Notes: generated from the sequence alone by a model not told the origin. Positions 28,788 through 40,831 are shown, counted from the stretch's first letter. The stretch: 64,000 bases of DNA from an uncultured Bacteroidota bacterium (GCA_963741345.1 CAVUHS010000002.1:260003-324002), one strand, 5' to 3'. Numbers and translations: made by a program.

Positions 28788-30065
28788 ATGTCCAATAACA
28801 ATGCGATCGCTGCCTCACGATGGTACCGGCTTATACCGGTTATTTTTATCACATACAGCCTGGCCTACCTGGACCGGGCTAATTTTGGATTTGGAGCTGC
28901 CGGCGGCATGGCAGCAGATCTGCATATTTCTTCAAATCTGTCTTCCCTGCTGGGTTCATTGTTTTTTCTTGGCTATTTTTTCTTTCAGATACCCGGAACT
29001 ATATATGCATCCAATAAAAGCGCCAAGAAATTAATTTTCTGGTCATTGATATGCTGGGGGCTGTCTGCGATGGCTACAGGACTTATCAGCAATGTTAAAA
29101 TTCTGCTCATCATCCGGTTTATGCTGGGAGTATTTGAAAGCGCCGTATTCCCCTCCATGCTCGTTCTGATAAGCCGCTGGTTTACGAGGGAGGAACGCTC
29201 CAGGGCAAATACGCTATTAATGTTTGGCAATCCGGTAACCATTCTTTGGATGTCTATTATTTCGGGTTATTTGATTCACTCGCTAGGCTGGAGATGGATG
29301 TTTATCTGGGAAGGAATTCCCGCGATCATATGGGCCGTGTTCTGGTGGAAACTGGTGAATGATAAACCAGCCGAAGCTTCCTGGTTATCGGCTGATGAAA
29401 AGAATTCACTGGAATCGGCATTGCAAAAAGAACAACAGTCCATAAAACCGGTTAAAAATTATATCACGGCTTTTAAATCAAGGCAGGTCCTGCTGCTATG
29501 TATTTTATATTTGCTATGGAGCTTCGGTGTTTACGGATTTGTAATCTGGCTGCCTTCCATTATACATGCAGCCCCCGGTATCGGAATTGTAAAAACCGGC
29601 TGGTTGTCAGCTGTGCCTTACCTGATGGCCATCATTGCTATGATTATCGTATCTTATTTTTCCGACAGAACCTTGAAAAGGAAGATTTTTATCTGGCCAT
29701 GTTTTCTTCTGGGAGCCATTGCATTCTATTGGTCAAACTTAGTAGGCGTCGGTAATTTTTGGTTGTCTTTCACACTCTTAAGTATCGCAGGCATGAGCAT
29801 GTACGTTCCTTACGGTCCCTTCTTCGCCCATCTGACCGAGATATTGCCTGCAAATGTTGCTGGCGGGGCCATCGCTCTGATTAACAGTTTCGGGGCCTTG
29901 GGTGCGTTCGCCGGTTCATACGCAGTTGGTTATTTAAACGGAAGCACCGGCAGTTTTAGCGCCTCATATATTTTTATGGCCGGCTCGCTGCTTTTTTCTT
30001 CCGTTTTGGGAATCATTGCGATCCGGGATCCTGATCAAACGTCGGGAAGACAATTGCCATCATGA
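28788..30065 (+). CDS. MFS transporter, anion:cation symporter family (sugar-acid type)
   Basis: LAYLDRANFGF, FQIPG, RWFTREERSRAN; about 12 TM helices. Confidence 0.9.
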   Translation: MSNNNAIAASRWYRLIPVIFITYSLAYLDRANFGFGAAGGMAADLHISSNLSSLLGSLFFLGYFFFQIPGTIYASNKSAKKLIFWSLICWGLSAMATGLISNVKILLIIRFMLGVFESAVFPSMLVLISRWFTREERSRANTLLMFGNPVTILWMSIISGYLIHSLGWRWMFIWEGIPAIIWAVFWWKLVNDKPAEASWLSADEKNSLESALQKEQQSIKPVKNYITAFKSRQVLLLCILYLLWSFGVYGFVIWLPSIIHAAPGIGIVKTGWLSAVPYLMAIIAMIIVSYFSDRTLKRKIFIWPCFLLGAIAFYWSNLVGVGNFWLSFTLLSIAGMSMYVPYGPFFAHLTEILPANVAGGAIALINSFGALGAFAGSYAVGYLNGSTGSFSASYIFMAGSLLFSSVLGIIAIRDPDQTSGRQLPS

Positions 30066-30093
30066 GAACCATCCCCCCGTAATCTGATTCAGC

Positions 30094-30561
30094 TTATTTC
30101 ACCAGCAACGCTCTGATCACTATGGAATGAAAAGGTAATTGTCCGCCATTGGGCGATTCCCCAAAATATTTATTTTGGTCGGAATAACTATATGTTACGG
30201 TACAGATTTCATTGTCGTAATATTTATTTACTGATCCATAAAATTCGCCGCCAAATAATTTTACATGAAAATTCGGATAGATCTGGAACAAATTACCTTC
30301 ACTTAAGATTTCCATTGAATATAACTGGCTAATACTTCCACCGCCCTGCAGGATAAGCGCTGTAACATCACTTTTGTAAGTACCATCGGCCTGCCTTACC
30401 CAATTACTGTCCTGAAGGAACAACGGGCCCAGGGTCAGACTATCCTGCGATGCCGAACTGCAGGTATTACAAGGTGGCTGGCTGACTTGTATCGTATCCT
30501 TCTTACAGGAAACTGCTATGAGGATAAGGAAGACAATCAGGGTTGAAAAAAACGGTTTCAT
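30094..30561 (-). CDS. Hypothetical lipoprotein
   Basis: Lipobox VSC followed by KKD. Confidence 0.65.
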   Translation of the reverse strand: MKPFFSTLIVFLILIAVSCKKDTIQVSQPPCNTCSSASQDSLTLGPLFLQDSNWVRQADGTYKSDVTALILQGGGSISQLYSMEILSEGNLFQIYPNFHVKLFGGEFYGSVNKYYDNEICTVTYSYSDQNKYFGESPNGGQLPFHSIVIRALLVK

Positions 30562-30854
30562 ATACGGTAGGTTTTAGGGTGATTGAATTGACTATTCATA
30601 TGATTCATCGTAAATCATCAATTTCGGGAAACAAACCAATGTATTACTACGAAAGAAACGCGAATTGAATGATCCGTTTTTAAGTTTCTATATTTTACTC
30701 CCGTAAGAAAACCGGCATTCACCGTTGGGAAGACGATGGTGTATACGAGGTCACCGGTTTCTATTTTTGTGCCACCTAAAAATATAATCTGTTTGGTGGA
30801 TGATGGAAGAACCCCACCAGGAAGTAAATATCGTAGCTCAAAAACAACACTGAC

Positions 30855-31670
30855 ATGGAACCAGCATTACAAAGAAGAGTCCAGCGTTATGGCTGGGACA
30901 AGGCCTCCTCTTATTATGAATCTTTTTGGCAGGACCAATTAAGGCCGGCACAAAATCTCCTGCTGGATCTTGCTTCGTTGAAACAGGGGGAACAAGTGCT
31001 TGACGTTGCGTGCGGCACAGGGCTTGTCAGTTTCCAGGCGGTCAAAAAACTTGGAATCAGTGGCCAACTGGTTGGAACGGATATTTCTGAAAAAATGGTA
31101 GAGATAGCAACCTCCATTGCACAATTGAAAAAAGAAAACCGTGTGCAATTTGACTGGATGGATGCCGAGGACCTCCTGCTTGAAAACAATTTATTTGATG
31201 TGGCACTTTGTTCACTTGGCCTGATGTATATGCCCGACCCCAAAAGGGCTTTGGAAGAAATGCACAGGGTACTAAAACCCGGAGGCCGGGCGGTGGCCGC
31301 TGTTTGGGGATCCAGGGATAACTGTGGCTGGTCTGAAATTTTTGAGATCGTAGACCGGCATTTATCTTCAGAGGTTTGTCCCATGTTCTTTAATCTGGGA
31401 AACCCGCATATACTTGAACTCCATTTTAGAGCCGCTGGTTTCAAACATATAAGCATTCAACGTATCCGCACGACGTTATATTACGAAGATGACCAGGAAG
31501 CGCTGGGTGCAGCATTTATCGGCGGACCTGTAGCATTGGCCTATAATAAATTCAGCGAAACAATAAAACAGCAAGTACACGCTGAATACCTTCACTCACT
31601 TCTCCCTTACAAAAAAGGAGAGACCTACGAAGTACCGGGAGTGTTTGTAGTGGCCAGGGGATATCGATGA
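30855..31670 (+). CDS. Class I SAM-dependent methyltransferase (UbiE-like)
   Basis: VLDVACGTG, FDVALCSLGLMY, RVLKPGGR. Confidence 0.9.
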   Translation: MEPALQRRVQRYGWDKASSYYESFWQDQLRPAQNLLLDLASLKQGEQVLDVACGTGLVSFQAVKKLGISGQLVGTDISEKMVEIATSIAQLKKENRVQFDWMDAEDLLLENNLFDVALCSLGLMYMPDPKRALEEMHRVLKPGGRAVAAVWGSRDNCGWSEIFEIVDRHLSSEVCPMFFNLGNPHILELHFRAAGFKHISIQRIRTTLYYEDDQEALGAAFIGGPVALAYNKFSETIKQQVHAEYLHSLLPYKKGETYEVPGVFVVARGYR

Positions 31671-31787
31671 TCCTTCCTGGAAATTCCTTTCCACATCGCA
31701 TCTATAAATATTGATGAAAATATTTATGATGTATTACCTTTATTTGAAGTACCCTTCGTACCGAATAAATAATGATTAATCCCAGCT

Positions 31788-32708
31788 ATGCTAAGAACAG
31801 CCCTGAAGTATTATTATCACCGGATTTACAATAAGTTTCACTACGATACATTTAAAACCCTGATAAATCTTGGCAAAATTCAGGCCGCTGCCAATGCATT
31901 AAAAGAACACATTTCTTCCCTCGGGGAAGTTGAATTTCAGATTTTTTCCCAGCGGGGGGAAGATGGCATTCTCCAGTACCTTATCAGCAAAATCGATATA
32001 CCGAATAAAATTTTTATTGAGTTTGGAGTTGAAAATTATACGGAAGCGAATACCCGTTTTTTACTGATAAATAACAGCTGGTCTGGCCTTGTGATGGATG
32101 GCGATAAAAAAAATATCAAATTCATACAGCAGGACTTCATTTATTGGAAATATGATATTACTGCCTATCATAGTTTTATCACCAGAGACAATATTAATGG
32201 CCTTATCAAAAAATTTACAGACATAGAAGACATTGGTGTTCTAAGTATTGATATTGACGGAAACGATTACTGGATTTGGGAAGCTATCAATTCTATCAGG
32301 CCAAGAATTGTAATATGCGAATATAATTCCGCTTTTGGCCCAACACTAAAATTGTCCACTCCTTATTCGGCGAATTTTCAAAGAACTGCGGCCCATTATT
32401 CAGATCTGTACTGGGGAGCATCTCTGGCAGCATTTCGACATCTTGCAGAAAAAAAGGGTTATGATTTCATAGGTACGGCAGAAGCCGGTGTGAATGCCTT
32501 TTTTGTAAGGAAGGATTTATCATCCCCATTTAGAAAATACGGGGAAGAGGAAGGATTTCGTCCTTCCGCCAACAGGGATTCAAAGGATCCAAAGGGCAAA
32601 CTGACATTTTTAACCCACGGACAACGCCTGCCGGTGATCAAAGATATGCACGTGGTCGAGGTCTCGTCCGGAAAAACATTTGCAATTAAAGATCTTTACG
32701 GTATATGA
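31788..32708 (+). CDS. FkbM-like methyltransferase-fold protein
   Basis: FSQRGEDGIL, FIEFGV, LSIDIDGNDYW, GVNAFFVR. Confidence 0.72.
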   Translation: MLRTALKYYYHRIYNKFHYDTFKTLINLGKIQAAANALKEHISSLGEVEFQIFSQRGEDGILQYLISKIDIPNKIFIEFGVENYTEANTRFLLINNSWSGLVMDGDKKNIKFIQQDFIYWKYDITAYHSFITRDNINGLIKKFTDIEDIGVLSIDIDGNDYWIWEAINSIRPRIVICEYNSAFGPTLKLSTPYSANFQRTAAHYSDLYWGASLAAFRHLAEKKGYDFIGTAEAGVNAFFVRKDLSSPFRKYGEEEGFRPSANRDSKDPKGKLTFLTHGQRLPVIKDMHVVEVSSGKTFAIKDLYGI

Positions 32709-32784
32709 AATACAATACTGAGATCTCCGGGCGTTCAATTCCGGTCAATACCTACTACATAAAAAAAATTGATGAATAGAAGTC

Positions 32785-34767
32785 TTACTGCATTGACAAT
32801 TCCGTCTTCATGTGCGTAACTTCTTTATCCACTTCTTTTTCGACAAAATACATGTCTATCTCTCCGATACTCTTAGCTGAAATTTTTCCCCGGTAAAAGC
32901 AGGTATACCGGTCCTTCACCAGGTTATAAGTAGCCTCAGAAATATTTACCATGCCCGGATGACCGCTGCTCTCGATTCTGCTGGCAATGTTTACCGTGCT
33001 TCCCCAAATATCATACGCGTATTTCTTTCTTCCGACAACTCCAGCTACCACAGGACCGACATGGATACCGATTCTGAGTTCCCAGTCAGGCAGATTCAAT
33101 TCTTTCCTCCCTTCATTCCATTTTTTCATCCAATCTCTGATCTCAAGACCAGCACGAACAATACTAACCGGATGTGAGTCATTTTCAGTGGGAATACCGC
33201 CTGCGCACATATAGGAGTCACCGATGGTTTTTATTTTTTCCAGGTTATGTCTTTCTATGATTTCATCAAATGCAATGAAGCAGGCATTAAGTTCCGAAAC
33301 AACTTCCTGGGGTGAAAGGGCATCCGCTATTAGAGTAAATCCTTTGAAATCTGTAAAGAGCACGGAGACCTGGTCATAATACCGGGGCGTAGCACTCCCT
33401 GTCATTTGTAATTCGGTTGCGACTTCAGCGGGCAGGATATTAAGCAAAAGACCCTCAATTTCTGCTTTTTGTTTATCCAGGATAATATTTGTCTTCACCT
33501 TACTGCGGTAATTCCTGTAAATAACAAATGCGATGAAAAAGATAAGAATCAATGCCCCCGAAATAAACGCCTTCTGGATTTTCTGGCTTCTCAGTTCGAG
33601 CTCCTGCAGGTCCTTGTCTTTTGTGAGGAGATTGATTTGATTCTGGCGGGTTTGAATTTCAAAATTTCCCTGAAGAGCAGTTAGTTTATCAGCCAGGGTC
33701 TGATTATTTATGGTATCTGTCAGAGCACTAAAAAGTTTCTGGTATTTGTATGCATTATTATAGTCCCCCATTCTAGAATAAGTAGTAGCCCTGCCGGCAT
33801 AGGAAGAATCCAATTCCTTATAGGCCGGGATGATCCTGGCAACGGAATCTGCCTCCTCGTACGAACTGAGTGCGGAGGGATAATCCCCTTTTTTCGAATA
33901 AATATCCCCAAGTGCTACCAGCGCTTGGGCAATAGCTAACTTGGAATCAAATTTTTTAGCCATCTGGTAGGACTCCAAATTATATCTTATCGCATTTGTG
34001 AAATCTCCTTTTTTTGCATATACGAGACCAATACCACGCAGGGGAACCGGAATATTGATCGTATTTGAATAAGCCCTTACAGACTCATTATAATAGTAAA
34101 GTGCCGAATCATTCTTATTTAACCCAATATAGATTTCTCCCAGGTTAAAGCTAACCGCACCTATGATAGTATTATCGCCGATGCCTTCGCTGATCAGCAA
34201 TGCCTTTAAAAAAAACCCGAGCGCCTTATTAGTTGTTGCACGCTTGTTAAGGTAGACGTTGGCAATTTGCGAATAAGCAGTCGCAATGCCGGCCTTATCA
34301 CCAATTTTTTCTGTAATGTCGAGAGACTTGAAAAAATTGTCCAACGCCTTGTCATCACTGCCGTTCACATAATAAGTGAGGCCAATATTATTGATTATCC
34401 TGGCTTTGCTTTCCAGGTCACCGATGGAATCATATATATGCAGGGACTGACCATAATAATCAAGGGCGGCAGGTGTATTTCCCTGGAAATAATAAGCAAC
34501 CCCGATATTTTTCAAGGCGAGTGCACGCCCTGGATGATATCTCAATTTCTGGGCAAGCTCCAGGGCCTGCATGCTATACCGTATGGCATCTTCAGTTGAA
34601 GAATCCAGGTAGTATTTACTAAGCTGAAGGAGCGTATTGACCCTGACCGTGTCTTCTTTCGCGGTCAACAGTATCTTCTTTAAACTATCTGCCGTACGAT
34701 CCTGTGATATACCAGCTAAATAAATTAAAACCCAGAATAAAAGAAATAAAAGTCTTTTTAATTTCAT
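32785..34767 (-). CDS. Membrane adenylate/guanylate cyclase with extracytoplasmic TPR domain
   Basis: Signal peptide, multiple TPRs, one TM helix, class III cyclase motifs (VLFTDFKGFT, KIKTIGDSYM, YDIWGSTVNIASRIES). Confidence 0.93.
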   Translation of the reverse strand: MKLKRLLFLLFWVLIYLAGISQDRTADSLKKILLTAKEDTVRVNTLLQLSKYYLDSSTEDAIRYSMQALELAQKLRYHPGRALALKNIGVAYYFQGNTPAALDYYGQSLHIYDSIGDLESKARIINNIGLTYYVNGSDDKALDNFFKSLDITEKIGDKAGIATAYSQIANVYLNKRATTNKALGFFLKALLISEGIGDNTIIGAVSFNLGEIYIGLNKNDSALYYYNESVRAYSNTINIPVPLRGIGLVYAKKGDFTNAIRYNLESYQMAKKFDSKLAIAQALVALGDIYSKKGDYPSALSSYEEADSVARIIPAYKELDSSYAGRATTYSRMGDYNNAYKYQKLFSALTDTINNQTLADKLTALQGNFEIQTRQNQINLLTKDKDLQELELRSQKIQKAFISGALILIFFIAFVIYRNYRSKVKTNIILDKQKAEIEGLLLNILPAEVATELQMTGSATPRYYDQVSVLFTDFKGFTLIADALSPQEVVSELNACFIAFDEIIERHNLEKIKTIGDSYMCAGGIPTENDSHPVSIVRAGLEIRDWMKKWNEGRKELNLPDWELRIGIHVGPVVAGVVGRKKYAYDIWGSTVNIASRIESSGHPGMVNISEATYNLVKDRYTCFYRGKISAKSIGEIDMYFVEKEVDKEVTHMKTELSMQ

Positions 34768-34889
34768 AGATCAAATCCGCAATTCAAGAATGCACTGAAT
34801 TCATTATTCGTACCCTGATTATCTTCAGGCTAAGAAAATACAGTAAGAAATTTTATACAAACCTTGCGTTTATTCAATTACTATTCAAT

Positions 34890-37800
34890 TTACATTTTTA
34901 CGACACGGAATACTTTCCATTCATTGTCCACCATCACCCGGATAAAATACATACCGCTGCTCAGCCTGCTCAGATCCACCTGGAGGCTATGATCAGACAG
35001 TTTCTTGCCGGTCGCCTGGTATGACTTGCCATAGGTGTCTGTTATACGAATATTACCAGAAACCATGGTAGCATTCTTAATATTGATTGTCACCAGATCC
35101 TTTGTCGGGTTTGGATAGACTGTTGCGGCAGGATCTGTTGATTCAGTTGTTACTTCTGCTGTGACTTCCCCTGTTGCTAATCCGCCTACTGCCTGGTAAG
35201 TCTGTGAAGTGGTACATTTTTTTGATGAAGAGCTTGCAGACACTGACACCTTACTATTCCCCGGATATGTAATCACTGACCAGGTGAGCGTAGACCCGCT
35301 AAAATATATCTTAAACTTTCCAGACCCGCTCGGGAATAGCTGCGGCTGCTGGCCACTGTATGTACCTGAAGTAGTCAGGCTGTTACTGGTACCGATGGGA
35401 ATATAAACTGCTGTGCTGTTCGGGTTAGTGTATGCAAAATATGCAGCATAGGGGAATCCTGATGGATCATTGGTCAATGCCTGCACGCAGGTTAAACTTA
35501 CATTGATATTGCTCCCGCCATCTTCGTTTACATACAGGTTGCCCGTTAAATAGTTCACCGCATAATTATTCGGCGTTTTCAACTGTATCCCGTAAGGGGT
35601 AATGGTGTAAGTTCCCGTTTGTTCTTTTGCATATGTAGGGCTCACCGAATACAAAGGCCCGGAGATAATGGCAGTAGTGCTGTTGTCCCCGTTTTTAAAT
35701 CCTGTAAACGTAGACGTAAAGGCAGGTAAAGAAGCATCATCGTTGATCACCATGTCATTCACTTTTACGGTCAGCGGAGCCGGTCCGATCGTTAACGTTC
35801 CATTATTATTGGTAATGGAATAATTGGTAGCCAAATCGCCGGAAAGGGTTATTGGATAAGATCCTGCAGGCGACGCCGTGGTAGCCGTCGTGTTGATGGT
35901 TGGCTGGGTAATACTTGAAGGCCCGTCCCCATTCAAAAAGCCGCTATAAGTGACCGTAAATACCGGATTTATATCTCCGTATACTTTTGACTTATTATCA
36001 GCGGTTGCAGTCAGAGCAGCCTGCTTGATAGTTAATGTTCCAATACTGTCTTTGAGAATATAGTTTGAGGCTGATCCTCCCGCCAGGTTAATCGTATATT
36101 TCCCTACTGCTGATGAAACTGTAGCCGTAGTGCTTGCTACTGGTAGCGTCGTTATCTTGGAAACATCATCCCCGTTTACAAAACCGCTGTAGTTAATTGC
36201 AAAAACCGGATTCGCTGATCCATAGATCCGGGAAGTATCCCTGGCTGCCGCTTTCAGCGTATCCTTATTAACAACGAGATTCCCGTTCACATAACTCAAT
36301 ACATAATTTGAGGGTGCAATTAATACAGATCCTCCTGGCACAATTTTATATTTTCCAGCATTTAATGGTCCACTGATCGTGTTGCCTACTGTATCCGTCA
36401 ATGAATGGGTCGGAAATGAAGAAAAGACATTACCCAGAGAATCCTGATACTGGAATCCGTATACCGAATCACTGTATACAGGTGGTGTTCCATAGGCTGT
36501 GATGGTATCCAGTGCTTTTACGATAAGGGTTGCAGGTTTAATCGTTAAATGACCCAATCCATAGGTGATATTGAAATTATCGGATAGCATTGCCCCGGGC
36601 ACAATCGTATTGACCCCGGCCGTTAACCCTGTTATCAAATTGATCGATTTGGGGGTAGAAATGCTGTCCGCAACCAGATCAGCCGTATCCACAATAACGG
36701 CCAGCCTGCTGTTACTTGTATCGGTAACATTTGTACTGCTAAGAACCGGAGTTCCCCTGACAATTCCTTGCCCATTTAATACAATCGACCCGCGAACAAT
36801 ACCCTGACCACTCACCAGGCCTTTACCATTCACCAAGTTGACGTTGACTGAATCCACTTCGTAATTAAAAATAGATTGCGCGGGAACAGGAACTGTCCTG
36901 AGCGTATCGTTATAAACAGGAGGGGCGCTTCTTACAATACCCTGGCCCCTTACAATACCCTGGCCTCTTACAATACCCTGGCCTCTTACAATACCCTGGC
37001 CCCTTACAATACCCTGGCCACTCGCCATAATACCCAGGTGGTTCAAGTCGGCATCCGTAAGTGGCTGTCCCCTTACAATACCCTGGCCATTCACCAGTGC
37101 AAAAACAGTGTCGACCAGGTTTGAATGATGGATGCTTTGTATAGAATCAAGGAATGTCGCCTTATCAGCGGCCGCTATATTTGAGTCAGGGTAAGAATAG
37201 TTGAAAGAAAAATTACCAATCTTATCACCATATACCAGGGTGGTATCCCTTGGTGTAATAATAAGTGGCATTTTATTTACGGAAAGTATTCCGTCATTGA
37301 GAATATAATTATAAGTTTCTGTCAACCCGATATCAACCGGATCCAACAAATTCAAAGGGCGGTGAATGGCAGGCCGGATAAAATATATCCCGACATTCGC
37401 ACCACTGGTTGCAGGTGTTGAATAATCAAGGCTGTCCAAGCGCAATTGGGCAAGGGTAAGGGCCGTGTTTTGAATAGGTACACTGTCAATAAGAACGGTG
37501 GAAGTAAAATGAGGAAGCTGCTCCCCATATAGCTTCGTCTTATTGTCGGTCCTTACGATGATCGTTTTCTTAACAGGAGAAAAGAAAAACAGTGTATCGG
37601 AATATCCGCCGTCATTTCCATTCGGAGATATCGATTTGGTGAATACCTGGATGGCAGGATTTCCGGTAAAGGTAGGTACCGTTGCCGTGGCCTGAGTTGA
37701 ACTGATAATGGTCGTTGGAAGCGGTTGTCCCCGGAATGTTACAACAGAATTGGAATTCAGGTAATTTCCCTGAACCGTCACATTAACAGGCTGCGTTCCC

Positions 37801-40800
37801 GGCTTAATAGTAGTATCATAAACCAGTTTAGTGATGACGGGAACCGGTGATGCAAAAGTTTTCATCGCCGAATCAGCCTGGATCAATCCGTAACCCGTAA
37901 CCACGTTATATCCGGGAGGTCCATTCTGAATCGTGGTGCCTTGCAAAAGGGCCTTCATTTGTGCCGGGCTGAGTTTCTGATTGGCATATTTAAGCCGTCC
38001 TTCCAGCAACAGGGCTGCAACCCCAGCGGCCTGCGGCGCCGCGCAGGAAGTACCAAAAAAACTGGGGAAGGGAGATCCGCTGATATTGATCGAACCGAAA
38101 TTCACAGTTGTGCTCACGCCATCAGGAGCCACAAAATCAGGTTTGTTCCGCAATACGCCGTTTACTGGTGTTCCGCCGTATGAGGAAAAAGTTTCCATTT
38201 GAAAAGGACTTACCCCATAGGCAGGAGTTTTAGTATAACGGGTAGCCCCAACCGACATCACCCCATCTGCATTGGAGTGCCCCACAATGGTGGAGGACCC
38301 TGCATTAAAATTATTAATGGTTAAGTTCCCCCGGAACACGACATACTTAAAAGGAATATTACCGGATCCGGCTGCGCGGATAATCATAATATTGGTGGTT
38401 GCATTTGCCGTTACCGTAAATGGCATTACTTCCAGCGGATCTCCGCCAATATTATTCCGGTTGAACCCAAACAATGTATGTCCTGTCGTATCCGTAAGGT
38501 AAATATCCAGATCGTTTATAGTACCTGTGGTTGTCTGCCCTAGAGAATAGATGGAATCCTGCCATTGAAGAACGATGGTATAAGTTCCCGGAGTGAGTGA
38601 AATACTTTGATAAATACTTCCGCCAAAATTGTGGGCCGTACCTGTAATGCCGGCGGGAGCAGGCGCAGCATTGTAAAGGTTGCCGTAGGAAGATGCACCA
38701 TTGTTTCCGGCTGCGGTAAAATAAGAAACCCCCTTGCTGGCCACAAAATTCGCAGCTTGTGCAACTACACCATCCTGGAAAAAAGGTTCTGTTATGTATG
38801 TCACATCATCTACAATCACATTACAGGAATCCTGCTGAAGCTGCAGGATGCCCTGTGCAAAATCCCCCGGGCTGATAAACCCGGTCCTGAAATCCAGCAG
38901 GGCTTTCGGAGCAATCCCGTGCACAACCTGAAGCATTGCCCGCCCTTCATCGGAAGCTCTTCCGTAAGGATATTCCGCAAGTATTTTTACCGGAACTGAA
39001 TTACTATCGGGATTATTTGCTGCTCCCGGAAGGATGCCGTTAGCCACATCTGCCTGAGCAGCCGTTCCGGTTACTGTATTATAGCTGTCTGAAATAACAC
39101 CCACTTTAACACCCCTACCTCCGATATTATATCCCTGCCGTACAAAATTGGCGCGCATCACCGTATCGCCCTGGACGGGGAGTATACTTCCATTTCCGAG
39201 TGGTGGAAACAGGGGCCTGCAATAATCGATCAGCGTTGGCAGACTATCCAGTTTTTTGAGATTGACGATCGGGTATGTACCGGTAATGATCAGCGTATTG
39301 GGTCCGTTATTGATCAGGTTAGTGATTCCGTAGGCGGGTGTTTGAAGCAGCGTCAGCAGATTTTGGTATTGCCCAACCCTGGCAATCACTTCTATCTGGA
39401 CCGTGCCCTGGTTAATGATAAAGATGGTTTTTGCAGAGTCCGTTACCAAGCCATAATTCGCATAGAGGGAGCTTAATTCAGACCCAATCAATTCGAAGGA
39501 TTTTCCACCGGTAGGTGGGGGATAATAAGGCAAAATACAGGGAATAAAACTGACCAAGGCAGTATCTGTAGCTGTACATCCTCCATTCGGATCGGTTACG
39601 GTTAATACATAGGTGCCTGCTGATGAAACAACAGGAGCTGCTGTGGTGCTACCGGAGACAATGGTGCCTCCATTGAGCGCAGACCAGTTGAATTGCGCCC
39701 CGGCAGTTGTGGAAGAACCACTCAGTTGCACGGTTGATATAGTACAACTCAATTGCTTGTCAGGACCAGCATTTGCATTGGGTGTGCTACACAAGGGAAA
39801 TGGGGCATAGTTGATGGTGCTGTTACCTTCAACATTGACCTGGGTCGCACTGTAGAATGCTCCAACAGATAAAGTAGCCTGACTTCCAATACCAATGTTA
39901 ATCCCTCCGTACGGTGCCCAAACGGTACCCACCCATTTGGCTTTGTAGGATTGGTTTGAACCCGAGCTAAGATTCCAGGAATATGGCCCATAAGTACTGG
40001 TTGAACCTGTTCCATGTGTCTCTGTATATATGCGGGATGCACCTCCCCCATTGAGGGTATCCACTGCACAGTCATTCAAATCTATATCTCCATAAACATA
40101 ATATTTTAATATTGCCTGGGAGGTTCTTGAAGTCAAATAAGAAAACGTTGGTTTTCCCGGTATTCTTAATGGAGTTAAAAACATATATACCAGGTCCGGA
40201 AAGTGTGACCGTTTGTTTTCCCGAAAGGGTCATATTATTATACGCACCCGGAGTTATCGTCTGTGTAGCTGTAATATTCTGCGCGCCTGCGGCCGGAAAG
40301 GTAGTTATCGACGGCATGGAAGGAAGAGTGGGCAGACTGGGAATTCCAATCACATTTCCCAGCGCCGGAGCAGGCCCGGAATAAGTAGTACCGGACGGAT
40401 GCGTCACTTTACCACTCACCGTTCCTCCACTTACAACGATATTACCCTGCACGTCTATATTCCCTTTTAATTGAGCACTGGAGCCAACATTCAGGATAGT
40501 GCCCGCCATTACTGGTATATTGGCAGCAGTAATCCGACCACCCACTGTATTACCATTGGCCAAATTGACGGTTCCTCCACTATAAATATTACCGGTGATG
40601 GAAGCATTGCCAGTGGTTTGCACTAATTTATAACTTCCAACCGACCCGCCCGTTAATACTGGTTGAGGATCCAATATTCACTGCACAGGTTGTGCAGGAC
40701 CCGCTGCCTCCAAATATTACATAATCGGAAATTTTCGTCTGCTGCGCAATTGAAAAGCGCGGAATCAAACCAATGATTAAAATAGACAATATCCGCAAAA

Positions 40801-40831
40801 AAATACGTTGAGCAAAGCCGGGCTGTGTCAT
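34890..40831 (-). CDS. Large T9SS-secreted S8/S53-like protease with beta-solenoid, IPT and MBG domains; two +1 frameshifts (~40650, ~40100)
   Basis: ORFs 40628-40837, 40072-40674 and 34890-40184 join into ~1,980 aa; VGVISDS, DEGRAM, AAGN, FGTS; MBG repeats (DNKSKVYGD.NP.F); CTD VYPNPT...LSSGMYFIRV. Confidence 0.82.
36931..37020. repeat. 18-bp tandem repeat x5 encoding (GQGIVR)5
   Basis: CTTACAATACCCTGGCC(C/T/A) x5; extra copy at 37072-37089; synonymous diverged copies near 36755-36810. Confidence 0.95.

Noticed and set aside
30730-30820. Fluoride or SAM riboswitch
   Set aside because: GACGATGGTGT resembles the start of the fluoride motif, but the pairing partner and downstream consensus are missing
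36931-37089. 18-bp repeats as a CRISPR array
   Set aside because: Head-to-tail with no spacers, in frame inside a CDS, and no cas genes nearby
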